The notes beneath the pieces were generated by a model. That model searched no databases, was not told the DNA's origin, and was given only the letters and a program-made list of their open reading frames with translations. A stretch of DNA of 64,000 bases from a virus, in IMG/VR virus record IMGVR_UViG_3300003323_001224, positions 12,639-76,638 of that record. One strand, 5' to 3'. Positions 37,720 to 48,599 of this stretch are shown in pieces. Position 1 is the stretch's first letter, and every line of letters begins with the position of its first letter. Both the position numbers and the translations under genes were made by a program.

Positions 37720-37989
37720 TTATAGCATTCGTATTTTACTTAACTTTTCTCTATATAGCTTCTCCCTATTCACCCAAAATTCCTTTGGTACCTTCGTAAC
37801 TTCTTCCAGCTTGCCTGCAAGATCTTGCGTGATCTTTTTATCCCCTTTTAATAGCCTCCACGTCATGTTGCCCGATAGTCCTAATCTTTCTGCCAACATT
37901 CTCACATTCCATCCTCTATCTTCCATTATCTCTTTTAGCGTATCCCCAGGGCAGGATAATAATTCGAGTTCAATCTTTTTGTTGCTCAT
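37720..37989 (-). CDS. HigA-like XRE HTH protein (orphan antitoxin-like)
   Basis: PGDTLKEIMEDRGW..LAERLG..LLKG..IT..LA.KL....FW signature; no HigB recognised. Confidence 0.75.
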   Translation of the reverse strand: MSNKKIELELLSCPGDTLKEIMEDRGWNVRMLAERLGLSGNMTWRLLKGDKKITQDLAGKLEEVTKVPKEFWVNREKLYREKLSKIRML

Positions 37990-38251
37990 GTGCTTCCAGT
38001 TTATATTCCTGCGGCCATTTATCTCCTGTCCATAAAATAGGCGAAGTCAAGGCTAATTGTTGTAAATTAAATTCTTCTTGAATTTCTGCAATGTCATCAC
38101 CTCCTATAGCATGTCCACGATCACCATACGATGTTGGCTTACCTTCTTCATCGTAATATACTGTCCTTATCTCCAGGTAGACCGAAGATTCGATACCAGA
38201 AAAATTTTGTTCAATAGCCATTACGCGATAATTCCAAGTCATAATTCTCAT
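37970..38251 (-). CDS. Hypothetical phage protein
   Basis: WNYRV...I..VYYD..G.P motif, common in phage small proteins. Confidence 0.6.
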   Translation of the reverse strand: MRIMTWNYRVMAIEQNFSGIESSVYLEIRTVYYDEEGKPTSYGDRGHAIGGDDIAEIQEEFNLQQLALTSPILWTGDKWPQEYKLEAHEQQKD

Positions 38252-38395
38252 TTTAATAAAGCGAGTTGCCCATCACGCGCACCTGGGCCAGGTGTTGAAC
38301 CGAAGTCTCGCCAGTCCGCCGGAAAGGAGAGATAATCGTGCGCTTATTGACTCGCTCAGGATTTACCCCTTTATAAATCCTACACCGTAAGAAGG

Positions 38396-38467
38396 TGGCA
38401 CCGGGCAGAGTCGAACTGCCTACGCCGGGATTTTCGGTCCCGCGCTCTACCGCTGAGCTACGATGCC
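38396..38467 (-). tRNA. tRNA-Phe(GAA)
   Basis: CGGGA-CC-GAA-AA-TCCCG, GTTCGACTC; C at position 33. Confidence 0.85.
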
Positions 38468-38734
38468 TTTTTAGATAACCTATAGACGACAATTGCCCAT
38501 ATAAAAGCTGCAATCTGCACCGCTAACCAAAAAACCGTCCCTGATCTCACCTGACCATGAAAATAATACATATCCTTCCCCACATCACTCATGCTAACCA
38601 AAACCATCACGGCATTGAAACAAACCACGTTCTTTGGCCAATCAATTTCTAATATCATATTTTTTATGCTCGTTTGCGACAACGATAAAAAATAATCCAG
38701 GTATAGATGGTAACCCTCACCTTTAAATAAACAC

Positions 38735-39145
38735 TCATTCAATTTCAGTTATATATCTGTGCTCATCCGTTTTTACCTTAAAGCCTAAGTGCCTTATGTA
38801 ATCATCCAACATGAAAAACTTATTACCATTCGAAATAATCCTGACATCTTTCTTCCAAAACGGCTTCAATTTCCCTTTGTTGAAGATGATAACATCGCCT
38901 ACGTCTACACTCACCAAATGAACTAAGCTAATAATAAATTCTTTTTCTTCCACGTTTTGCCAAGCTTCAACTAATTTGTAGGCTCTTTCCAGGTCTATAG
39001 CGACCCCCTCTTCATAAGTAATCGAAATCCATTGAATGTCACCCAGGACCTTTCCCTCATCAAATAGATCTGCGGCCTTCATTAAATGATTCATATGCGC
39101 CGGAGCCGCAATAATCAATAGATTTGCCTTATGGCTCATAGCCAA
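38735..39145 (-). CDS. Hypothetical protein
   Basis: 136 aa. Confidence 0.55.
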   Translation of the reverse strand: MAMSHKANLLIIAAPAHMNHLMKAADLFDEGKVLGDIQWISITYEEGVAIDLERAYKLVEAWQNVEEKEFIISLVHLVSVDVGDVIIFNKGKLKPFWKKDVRIISNGNKFFMLDDYIRHLGFKVKTDEHRYITEIE

Positions 39146-39490
39146 ACTTCTTTAATACAGGGATCGTCGTTTTGAAAACGCTCTAATCTATGAAGCCCTA
39201 ACCGCTGGAGATGCGTTTCGATGGGTGCGTAATTATCCTCGATCATGTCAGGCAGTTGGTTAGGTTTGGGAGATCCTGAACCAACAATGAACCAACGCCT
39301 AAGCACAAATTTTCCAGGATAATCAGGTGGATTATAATAAACGCAATAATGCGTCACAAAGATGCTCATAGGATGAAAGTTAAATGGAGCGGGTTCCCTG
39401 GCCTTCGATACAAATTGCAATCATATGAATTCCTTGACCCCCGCCCCGCAACGAATGTATTAAATAATTTGAAAAAATAAAATTTATTTA

Positions 39491-39507
39491 ATCAATTTTT
39501 TTTTGAT
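39491..39507. promoter_or_regulatory. Operator-like palindrome copy 1 (ATCAA-N7-TTGAT)
   Basis: One of four intergenic copies. Confidence 0.55.
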
Positions 39508-39866
39508 TGGGTTAACCGGTAATAAATATAAATATGCCATCAATACCTTTCTTTTCAACATTCATGGGCACAAATACCACCGACTCCAACAAGCAGTCCA
39601 CATGTACTACTTTGGCCTCAATGTTACCACTTTCATCTTGCGTGCCCGCAATAGGCACGAATATGGCGTCTTTCTGATCCTGCTTGCCGCAGATAGGACA
39701 GGTGTCGCCGTCGCGTTCGTATTGTGATGGGAAGGTTTTCATTCGTCACCAAATTTTACGGGATAGCCTAAAAATTCAAGCAGACGGATCACATCGGCCT
39801 CTTTGTATCCTATCTCGCCCAGCTCAATTTCCACTATCGCAGTCACTGTATTAATTACGAAGTTCA

Positions 39867-41375
39867 TTATCTGGAGATCTTTGGAAGTTCATTAGCCGAT
39901 GTATCAACTTTCAATTTTTCAATTTCGACAGGGCGCCCTTTTCCATCCCGCTCCCTATATAAATTCCACGCTTCTATCATCCAGTGGACCTTGGCATTCG
40001 AGGAGGTTCTGCCATTTGCCCTATCAGCTTTATTTCCCCAATTTAAAAGCTCTTTCCTCAAGAAATAAATTTGTGAGCCATCGTACCTACTGATTCCCTC
40101 TCCCGTAGCTAACTTTTCCATGAAAGTATGCCCCTCCGTTTTGTGCTTCGATGTGAAGGCATAGTACATACCAGTCCATTGCGTTAAAGTCAACATGGTT
40201 TTAGGAGCGTTTTTTTTGGGCACCGTATCAGCCCAAGACATGCACTCTTTCAATTTTCTATAATTCCGCTCATCCTTGATCCATTTGTTGATGTCGTGAT
40301 TAGTAACATTGACACGCTTAGTCGTCACTACACCATATTCTAGCAACAAAATAATAAACTTTACGCAGGCGGCTGCCTGATTGGCATTGGGCACATTTTC
40401 AACCGAAAGCGTATCGCCTGGAGTTCTTTTCCTACCAGAATCAACAACTTCGAAGGCTTCAACCGGTGAGCCGGTAAAAATAACCATATTGTATGTTTTA
40501 CCCGCTTTTATCATCGCTAACAATTTATGTTGCCCATCGTACAATTTCCCATTAATATCAATCCCAATAGTTGCTTGGTTTGTATCAATCCATAATTCAT
40601 TAGCCATTTGTTCCGCATGTCCAAAAACTTCTTCCAGATAAATGTGCCTATTTTTTGTATTAAGCATCATTATATCTTCTGCCATTGTCGGGGTAACATC
40701 GATAATTATTTTGCCTTTTGTGGGCGTCGCCTTTTTTATTCTTTCTATAATATCAGTATCCGGTCTTTCCTTTGCTGGTTTTACATTTTGGATAAATCTT
40801 TGATTGTATTTCAATTTTTTATGATAGTTGCTTTCATTGGCTTCGTTTTCGTTTCTTTCTATTTTCTCAATTTTAACTTGGTAGAATTTTTGTCCTGAAA
40901 CTGGAACCAGTGAACACTCGACGATGACAGAAGCACCTTGTTTTATGGGTTTGGGAATCATTTGCCCATTAGCTTTTGCGACTTCCAGGAACTGTTCTAT
41001 GATTCTCTTGCTATCCGATTTTCCCACTTTAAATTTGACATCATCATCTTTCTGCACAACTTCAATAGCAGTAGCATTGTTTCGCAAATGATCGCTTTGC
41101 GGGTCTATTTGACAAAGAATTTCTCCGTAATTCTTTCCTATAAAAAATATGATAGCTGCTATGTCCGTATGTTCTCTGAAGAAATTTCCGGCGCGTAAAA
41201 TATAGGAAAAACCGCCAAAACGAGCGTCAGCGGTTTGAATGATAATTTGAAAATCATAGGTGATGATTGTTTTCCCTTTGATGACAAGCTTACCGGGGAC
41301 ACTGCCTTGTCTTAGGTATTTTACAAAGGTGGCATCATCCATTGGTTTTCCCGGCCTAATTAAATCGGTACTCAT
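39867..41375 (-). CDS. Protein with ParB/Srx-like domain
   Basis: VTP.MA...M..N..NR..., G.LYDGQHKL.A...A, D.GRKRT.GD motifs in the C-terminal two thirds. Confidence 0.65.
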   Translation of the reverse strand: MSTDLIRPGKPMDDATFVKYLRQGSVPGKLVIKGKTIITYDFQIIIQTADARFGGFSYILRAGNFFREHTDIAAIIFFIGKNYGEILCQIDPQSDHLRNNATAIEVVQKDDDVKFKVGKSDSKRIIEQFLEVAKANGQMIPKPIKQGASVIVECSLVPVSGQKFYQVKIEKIERNENEANESNYHKKLKYNQRFIQNVKPAKERPDTDIIERIKKATPTKGKIIIDVTPTMAEDIMMLNTKNRHIYLEEVFGHAEQMANELWIDTNQATIGIDINGKLYDGQHKLLAMIKAGKTYNMVIFTGSPVEAFEVVDSGRKRTPGDTLSVENVPNANQAAACVKFIILLLEYGVVTTKRVNVTNHDINKWIKDERNYRKLKECMSWADTVPKKNAPKTMLTLTQWTGMYYAFTSKHKTEGHTFMEKLATGEGISRYDGSQIYFLRKELLNWGNKADRANGRTSSNAKVHWMIEAWNLYRERDGKGRPVEIEKLKVDTSANELPKISR

Positions 41376-41408
41376 AAAATTGATTTCGGTTATTGATTCT
41401 GGTTATTA

Positions 41409-41425
41409 ATCAAAAAAATATTGAT
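41409..41425. promoter_or_regulatory. Operator-like palindrome copy 2 ATCAAAAAAATATTGAT
   Basis: Intergenic, upstream of the ParB-like gene. Confidence 0.6.
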
Positions 41426-41527
41426 TAGAATTTGAAGTTATAATTTTTTTAACTAAATTTATCTCCCCCCCTTAAAATAAAGTCGGATTATCAATAGTTA
41501 AAAGCCTCGTCATGCGTAGAAAGAAAC

Positions 41528-41983
41528 CTAAAAAGTACCTTCAGCTTTCCATTTCTCCAGCTGCGCTAATCGGTCCTGTTCGATTATTGCCTCTGCCTCC
41601 ATCCTATCCTTCGCTGGTAAAGAAGAAAAAACAATACTCATTAAATAAGCGACTTCGGCCCGAAGCCTGATAATTTCCTTCGCCTGTTCGCTCAACACCT
41701 TCTCTTCTTCTACTTTGGCCATTACAGGCTTCAGAAATTTCTTGTGCGCTACTTTGATCTTGTAAAGCAACTCTTGAGGGGCCGGCTTGTTTTTTTTCTC
41801 CCTCGTCAGCCACCGGCTTATGGTCTCCCGTGCTACGCCTGCTCTCGTGGCAATAGCAGTTTGATCCAACGTATACCCGGACGCTTGTATTATTTCGTCA
41901 ATCAGGGAACGGAGAGGTGGCTGTGCAAGTGACTGCTTTGCCATTTGTGAAACGTTTTGGGGTAAATCTTGATTTTTTTTCAA
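41528..41983 (-). CDS. CI-like HTH repressor
   Basis: QTAIATRAGVARETISRWL HTH; divergent from the cro-like gene. Confidence 0.65.
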   Translation of the reverse strand: MKKNQDLPQNVSQMAKQSLAQPPLRSLIDEIIQASGYTLDQTAIATRAGVARETISRWLTREKKNKPAPQELLYKIKVAHKKFLKPVMAKVEEEKVLSEQAKEIIRLRAEVAYLMSIVFSSLPAKDRMEAEAIIEQDRLAQLEKWKAEGTF

Positions 41984-41989
41984 CGTTCA

Positions 41990-42070
41990 ATCAAAAAAAT
42001 TTTGATTGACTGAAATCTCGTCAAAAATTGATCACATGTGATCGTGTGTGACTACATGTGACTATATTTG
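41990..42070. promoter_or_regulatory. Switch region: operator copy 3 (41990-42006), palindrome GATCACATGTGATC (42030-42043), TATATTTG Bacteroidota -7 box
   Basis: Between divergent HTH genes. Confidence 0.6.
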
Positions 42071-42112
42071 ATCGTGATGGATGCAATATACTAAACGCTA
42101 TCCAATTCGACA

Positions 42113-42352
42113 ATGAATTCGACACTAATATCTAAGAAAAAAGTCAGAGAAATTTTTGAAGTGCTGAGCGAGAGCGAGTTAAGGCAGCTCGAAGATCGCG
42201 TTGCGGGGTATGGTTGGCTGAGCGATACGGCACGCAGGGCGGAGGTACATGTCAATACGATCAAAAAAATCTTGATGAAGGGGTATGGCTACCCGACAAC
42301 TATTCAAAAAATTCGCAACATCCTGACCCATGAAAATAGTACACATCAATAA
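42113..42352 (+). CDS. Cro-like HTH protein
   Basis: SDTARRAEVHVNTIKKIL helix-turn-helix; first gene of the rightward operon. Confidence 0.55.
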   Translation: MNSTLISKKKVREIFEVLSESELRQLEDRVAGYGWLSDTARRAEVHVNTIKKILMKGYGYPTTIQKIRNILTHENSTHQ

Positions 42353-42485
42353 AGGGAAAATACGCCGGGAGGCCGTGCAGGACCAGCTGCAACGGGATAT
42401 GCGTACCCATTTGATCTCTCTGGCCAAGAAAAGCGCCCGGCGCAAAATGGCGCAACTGCTTAACCAATCAACCAATATATAATAT

Positions 42486-43163
42486 ATGTCCCAACAACTC
42501 ACGACTACCAGCACCGAAGATGTCCTCTCGTCCGTCGTCATCCATGGGGATCTTTCCAAATTAACGGATACACAAAAAGTCATCTATTATCGCCAATTCT
42601 GCGATTCATTAGGACTCAATCCCCTTACGCAACCCTTTGCCATTATTAAATTCCAGGGGAAAGAAGTACTCTATGCGAAGAAGGATGCTACCGAACAGTT
42701 GCGTAAAGTGCATGGCATCAGCGTCACCGATCTCACCGGCGAGGTACAGCATGATAGCACCTATGTCGTTACCTGTAAAGTTCGGGATAAGCAGGGGAAA
42801 ACAGACATCGCCACCGGCGTGGTTGCGCTGGAAGGGCTTAAAGGTGCCCCACTCTCCAATGCAAAAATGGTGGCAGAAACCAAAGCCAAGCGCCGCGCTA
42901 CTCTGAGCATCTGCGGTCTCGGTATGATGGACGAATCGGAGATCGGCACTGTAGATGGGAGCTACGTGACAGTAGACGTTCCTGTTCAGGAAAAATCATC
43001 CGCCAAACCGCCCTTGACAGATAAAGCTTTCGGTCAAGCAGTGGAGCGCATCCAGAAAGGGGAAAAAGGATTGATCGAAAAGCTCAGGCAGTCCTACGCG
43101 CTATCGCAGGCGCAAATCGATACGCTTGTAGGAATGGAGGATGCTAATATTGTCAGCGCATGA
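42486..43163 (+). CDS. RecT/Bet-like single-strand annealing protein
   Basis: C..LGLNPLTQPF, and KM.AETKAKRRATLSICGLG motifs. Confidence 0.65.
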   Translation: MSQQLTTTSTEDVLSSVVIHGDLSKLTDTQKVIYYRQFCDSLGLNPLTQPFAIIKFQGKEVLYAKKDATEQLRKVHGISVTDLTGEVQHDSTYVVTCKVRDKQGKTDIATGVVALEGLKGAPLSNAKMVAETKAKRRATLSICGLGMMDESEIGTVDGSYVTVDVPVQEKSSAKPPLTDKAFGQAVERIQKGEKGLIEKLRQSYALSQAQIDTLVGMEDANIVSA

Positions 43164-43902
43164 AAAAGATAATCACCATAGAAATTGAGGAACCTCGGCA
43201 GGCACATGATAATTTAGCCGATCTACTATGTTGGTGGCAAGGGTATATGGCCGGCCTTAAAGCCGCAGCACCGTATACCGACACAAATTTTGTAGCCGAT
43301 AATGGCATAGCGACAGCGCGTATTATTTTGAATAAAATTAAAGCTGCGTTATGCGAATCAAACTAACCCCTGAGCAAGAAAACGCCTTGTGGGTGTTAAT
43401 CTTCTGCCTGGGCAGCATATTAATTGTTCTTCTTATACTTATTTTCTTATGACAGAAATATATGAACTGGAATGCGGGGACATTAAGCAACGTGGATCGC
43501 TGGCGGAGCTTATCAAGCTCAGCGGAACATTGGCGGCAGGACTTCCGCGTCAATTTTTTCTCATTAAAAAATCTAAACTCAATGGCGCATCTTATCAAGA
43601 CGAACCCGCAACATGTCTGGAATCTGGATGGCAGCAAGCTGGAAGGGGAAGTGGCGGCAGCTCAGGAGAGGAAAAACTACCTGCATGAGCTAGAGATCCC
43701 TCACTTTTTGCAAGCCAAGCAAGGACGCGTCTCGATGATCATTCCCGCTGACATGCCCCTGGCTGTTGATGATGTCCTCACCAATGAATATGGCTGGGAA
43801 GGGGTGGTCGTAGACATCCTGGAGCGCAGACCGGCCAGGGGCGAGTGGGGGGGCAGGAAAGTAGACTATGTGCGGGTGCAGTTTTTATAAAAATGGTTTC
43901 AT

Positions 43903-44769
43903 ATGGAACATGGAAGAGACGCTGCGCGCAAGATTCGAAAGGTGGGGCAAAGAAAAAGAGAATGCTCTTCATGCAATGCGCCTATCGAGGAGACACGCTG
44001 GACTTCTAGTCGGTATTGCAGGGAATGTGCAAAAAAAATGGAGGATAAAGAGAAGAAGAAAGCTAGAAATCATTCTCCTGACCAACTGCTGAAGAATATT
44101 TGTCGTTCAAAAGCACGTAACGCTTTAAAGAGTGGAAAAATATTACGGCAGATTTGTGAAATATGCGGCGCAACACAAACTGAAATGCACCACGATGATT
44201 ATTCGAAACCATTAGATGTTAGATGGTTTTGTAAACGTTGCCATGTTAAAAAACATAAATATGAACGCATGAGCCTTTCTCAAAAAAGTTGGCGCGCAGA
44301 ATATAAACGCATGTACTATGCGGATCTTAAAAAAAGATCACCCGCCTTTTATGAATCAGGCGGCGGAGATAGCTACCAAATACCAATACCTTCAGAAAAG
44401 AACACGAATGGCCTGACCAAAATTATTATGAAATTCTTAAAACTCAAAGGTCACTACGCTAACCGAATCAACACGCAGGGACAGGCGCGCATGGGGCGGA
44501 AGATTGTATATTACGAAGCTTTCACTAATAAGCCGGTATATGCGGAAGGAATTACATACACAAAAGGCACTACCCGGCGCGGCACGCCCGACATCGACGC
44601 CATCATATATGGCAAAACCGTGAAGATCGAAGTGAAGGTCGGTCGTGACAGCATGCGCGATGAGCAATGGGATGAGAAATGCGCTATTGAATCAGCTGGC
44701 GGATTCTACTTCATCGCGCGTAGCATGCAACCTTTTTATGAATGGTACATTGAAACTTTTGAAAAATGA
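43903..44769 (+). CDS. Zn-finger/HNH-like domain fused to VRR-NUC-like (PD-(D/E)XK) nuclease/resolvase
   Basis: CEICG...HHDDYSKPLDVRWFC..CH followed by GTPDI...KIEVK.GRD....Q. Confidence 0.65.
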   Translation: MEHGRDAARKIRKVGQRKRECSSCNAPIEETRWTSSRYCRECAKKMEDKEKKKARNHSPDQLLKNICRSKARNALKSGKILRQICEICGATQTEMHHDDYSKPLDVRWFCKRCHVKKHKYERMSLSQKSWRAEYKRMYYADLKKRSPAFYESGGGDSYQIPIPSEKNTNGLTKIIMKFLKLKGHYANRINTQGQARMGRKIVYYEAFTNKPVYAEGITYTKGTTRRGTPDIDAIIYGKTVKIEVKVGRDSMRDEQWDEKCAIESAGGFYFIARSMQPFYEWYIETFEK

Positions 44770-45033
44770 ACGTAATTAATATAGATGAAATCGGAATAAC
44801 AATCCGACCTTGTTCGCCTGATGAAGTGTTGATCATTATAGATGAAAAGAGACGACAGGCAGCCAAAGTGTTATCGATCGCCGATCTCGCGAATTTTATT
44901 ACCCAATGTCGAATTCTATTGGAGGAAATGAAATTCACTGCGACATCTTCATGCGCTGACCCTGATCTGTATTCTACCGGTCCCGATTACCCTTATTAAA
45001 CAACATTGCATAACGCTACCTATATCAAAAGAC

Positions 45034-47508
45034 ATGGGCGAAACCCTCTCCGCCGTCTGGGAGCAAGTAAAATCGCTCCTCCATGCCGGTATCTCTGTCA
45101 TCCCCGTTCGGGATCACGAAGACAAAGGCAAACCGCCCAAAACACCGTACGCCCAGTGGAAACAATACCAGGAGCGCGTTACCACCGAACAGGAATTATG
45201 GGGCCAGATGGAGCGCCACAATACCGCCGCCGTCGCCATGATCTGCGGCAAGGTTTCAGGCCACCTGGAAGCGATCGACATTGATGTAAAGAACTGGCCG
45301 GGCATTGATGCCCGGTATTTTGAAGCGATCCGGGAGTTATACCCCGATCTATGGGAGACCATCCGTATCCACAGCACGCCTTCGGGCGGCTACCACATAT
45401 TATACCGGATAGATAGGCCCGGTATACCCGGTAACCAGAAACTTGCCACTGCGGCGGGATCAACGCAGGCAGGGATCGAAACAAGGGGGGAGGGGGGCTA
45501 CGTTGTGGCTCCCCCCTCCCTGGGTTACCAGATCTATAAAGATCGACCGCTTCCCGTCTATACCTGGGAACAACGTGAAGCCCTGATCAATCTTGCGAGG
45601 AGCTTTGATGAAAAGATCAAGGTCGCAGCAGCCCCTCCCTTACCCAAAAGTAAAAATGACTATTATGATGAAAATCCATTCGAACATTTTAATGGTTCAC
45701 CTGCCGCTGAAGAGATCCTTACTGATCAAGGATGGAGCCGGCTTCGAAATAGAAATAGCAGTTATCGATATTTTACACGACCGGGTAAATCTGCTGGTAT
45801 CAGTGCCTCCTTCATTGTCGGGTCCCGACTATACTATATCTTCACTTCCAGCACCCACCTGGAACCTTCGACCGCCTACAGTCCTTCCGCTCTGCTCTGC
45901 CGACTTCGATTTAATGGAGATGGAAAAGCCCTCTACCAATACCTCGTCGAACAGGGCTACGGCAAAATAAAGTCCCGGATAGAACAACGCCTCGTACGTT
46001 CCAAGATCCTCAGCGGCGATGACCTACCCGGCAACGTCTCTTCCGCCGCCAAAGAATTATATACCAAAGAAAAAGACCGCCTATGCAGGACATACGCACA
46101 CGGCACCTACTGGGTGCAGGACGATATAGACGATGTGGTCAAGATCAACCGGGAACGCTTGTACACCGTAGCCTCCGGACTCGGCTTTCGGCACTACAAC
46201 GGCAAGGTCGTACAGATCGATGGCTATATCGTCCGGTCTGTCACGGACCGGCTGTTCTACGATACGCTGAAATCTTACTGCGTAGAAGAAGAAGCAGATT
46301 TTCTCGAAGCTATCCGCAACGCATTCGAAGCTTTTGTTCAGAAGGCTGGCGAGTTTACTATTACCCGGATCGAGGAGCTAGACGAACGTCATATTCTTAC
46401 AAGTGCGAAACATACCTCTTTCAAGTTTTATAATAACGGCTTTATCAAGATCTGGGCTACGGAAATTTCTTTTCATTCATACAGCGAAATTTCTCACTGG
46501 CTCATCTGGGAACAACAGATCATCCAAAGAGATTACCAATCTTTTGAAGGTGATGTTACCCAATCGCTTTTTTATCAATTCCTGGAAAAGGCCCTCGGCA
46601 TATCCGACTACTTATGGCAAGTCCTGGGTTATATCATCCATGACTACAAAGATGAAACCATGGGCTACATCTTCGCCCTTGTCGAAAAGTGCGAAGATCC
46701 CCGACAAGGCGGTGGCACCGGCAAAAACCTCCTTTGCAACCTGCTCTCCCATATCACCACGGTGAAGGTAGTGGCCGGCTCACAAGTCCAGTTGAATGAA
46801 AAGCTTCTCCAGTCCTGGAATTACGAAAAGCTCCTGGTCATCAGCGATGTCCCTAAGCGCTTTGACTGGAGCTTTCTGAAAGAACCTTCCATGGGACACG
46901 CCACTAAAAAAAATCTCTTTAAAGATGAAATCGTTATCCCGCCTGATAAAATGTGCAAGTTCCTGGTCCTTACCAATTATTCTTATGATAATGTTGATGG
47001 AGGACTTAGACGACGCATACGGCCACTGGAGTTTACCTCCTTTTTTACCCATTCCGGCGGTGTGGACGGGCACTTCGGTAGACTCTTTCCCTACGATTGG
47101 AATGACCTGGAATGGGCCGCCTACGATCACCTTTTGCATCACGCGATACAACGATACCTGCAATCTGATGGTAAGATTCCTGCGACCGATCTTTCCCCTA
47201 CCGGATGGCTCAAACAGTTCGATCAAACCTATCACTTCGCCACACGGGGATTTATCCAGGAACAATGGGACTTCTGGTTACGTAGTGGCTTCATCTCCAA
47301 CGAAAGTTTTAAACAAGCCTATGACCTTTATTGCAATACCAACGGCATTCATCCACGCTATCGCCTTACCATGCACAAACTCAACCAGGCCATAAGAGAG
47401 TGGTGTGATTACAATAAAGTCTTTTTCGATGTCGATGCGATCGAACGGTATAACAGTATTCCCTTCCGGGGTAAACGTTTTACTTTGCTGGAGGCGCCAC
47501 CGTTTTAA
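45034..47508 (+). CDS. Bifunctional primase-polymerase / SF3-like helicase
   Basis: Prim-Pol motifs IDIDVK, TPSGGYH, ETRGEGGYVVAPPS; Walker A GGTGKN; LTNY..GG..RRR. Confidence 0.85.
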   Translation: MGETLSAVWEQVKSLLHAGISVIPVRDHEDKGKPPKTPYAQWKQYQERVTTEQELWGQMERHNTAAVAMICGKVSGHLEAIDIDVKNWPGIDARYFEAIRELYPDLWETIRIHSTPSGGYHILYRIDRPGIPGNQKLATAAGSTQAGIETRGEGGYVVAPPSLGYQIYKDRPLPVYTWEQREALINLARSFDEKIKVAAAPPLPKSKNDYYDENPFEHFNGSPAAEEILTDQGWSRLRNRNSSYRYFTRPGKSAGISASFIVGSRLYYIFTSSTHLEPSTAYSPSALLCRLRFNGDGKALYQYLVEQGYGKIKSRIEQRLVRSKILSGDDLPGNVSSAAKELYTKEKDRLCRTYAHGTYWVQDDIDDVVKINRERLYTVASGLGFRHYNGKVVQIDGYIVRSVTDRLFYDTLKSYCVEEEADFLEAIRNAFEAFVQKAGEFTITRIEELDERHILTSAKHTSFKFYNNGFIKIWATEISFHSYSEISHWLIWEQQIIQRDYQSFEGDVTQSLFYQFLEKALGISDYLWQVLGYIIHDYKDETMGYIFALVEKCEDPRQGGGTGKNLLCNLLSHITTVKVVAGSQVQLNEKLLQSWNYEKLLVISDVPKRFDWSFLKEPSMGHATKKNLFKDEIVIPPDKMCKFLVLTNYSYDNVDGGLRRRIRPLEFTSFFTHSGGVDGHFGRLFPYDWNDLEWAAYDHLLHHAIQRYLQSDGKIPATDLSPTGWLKQFDQTYHFATRGFIQEQWDFWLRSGFISNESFKQAYDLYCNTNGIHPRYRLTMHKLNQAIREWCDYNKVFFDVDAIERYNSIPFRGKRFTLLEAPPF

Positions 47509-47566
47509 AATGAGCCCCGCGTAGAAACGCAGGGCGTGTTGTTGATGTGTTCTAACTTCAAAACAG

Positions 47567-47637
47567 AGACCATCCAGGGAGTCGAACCCTGCTGCACGGT
47601 TTTGCAGACCGCGTGCTAACCGCTCACACAGATGGTC
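47567..47637 (-). tRNA. tRNA-Cys(GCA)
   Basis: GCGGT-CT-GCA-AA-ACCGT, GGTTCGACTCC. Confidence 0.85.
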
Positions 47638-48130
47638 AGTCCTTTTTCTTCACCTTGTATTTCGAAGCTTTCTTCTCATTTCTCTTTACTTCGTCCAAAA
47701 CCCTTTTTATATTCACTCCCATTAGCTCCATTCTCTGTATGGTATATTCGTTACTGTATATCTTTTTCTGTTTTATTAGGCGCTCAATCTCCTTTAACCA
47801 AATATGCAATGGACGATCTTTTTTCCATTGATTACAACCATAGCAGCAATCTACCCTATTTTCCTTATGATCCAGGCCTCCGCGCGACAAGGGAACCACA
47901 TGATCCTTTGTTCTATCTAATCCAAAGTCATCAAAATTGCGCCTGCAATATCTACACGTGGCTTTAAACTTCTTCTGTGCTATCTGCTGGCCTTCTTTTG
48001 CTCTTTTTTGTAAATGCACTGCAATATATTCATCGAAAGACATAATCTTTTTAGGCCATTTTTCGATGAATTCAATCATGTACTTATGAAGGATTTTTAG
48101 CTTTCGTGCAGGACTGATTGCGGTACTCAT
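47636..48130 (-). CDS. HNH endonuclease
   Basis: CRYC..TKDHVVPLSRGG...N.V.CC..CN. Confidence 0.85.
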   Translation of the reverse strand: MSTAISPARKLKILHKYMIEFIEKWPKKIMSFDEYIAVHLQKRAKEGQQIAQKKFKATCRYCRRNFDDFGLDRTKDHVVPLSRGGLDHKENRVDCCYGCNQWKKDRPLHIWLKEIERLIKQKKIYSNEYTIQRMELMGVNIKRVLDEVKRNEKKASKYKVKKKD

Positions 48131-48599
48131 ATATTATCCCCTTCCTTTCTATTACACGGCGGTAACTTTACGCCGGTGTATTTCACAAGCGATCCTCCTT
48201 TCTCTTTATAGCCTACAACAGAATGAGCTGAGCCAATACCATTATAACGTTTTTGATAACGCTCCAAGTCACAATATATACATATACCTGATCTTGTTTC
48301 CTTATTCGCAGCAACTTTTTTCCAAGGACTATTCTTAAAGACATGTCCATTTACCACCAGCGGTTTCTTCCGTGCTTTGACTTCGGGAAATGTTGGGAGT
48401 GCAGTTAAAGTGCAGATAGGCAGCGGTTGCTTAATGCGCGGCACCCAGTCGCTTCCAGGCATAATTATACATTGCGCTGCCCCTTTGCTTCCGTTTTTGC
48501 TTCCACATGCCGCAATTACATTTATAAATAATGGAGCCTTTAATCACCTGTTCTTCAGGAGGCGCCTGCGTCCAGCTATGGCTGATAGCTCTGCTCTGC

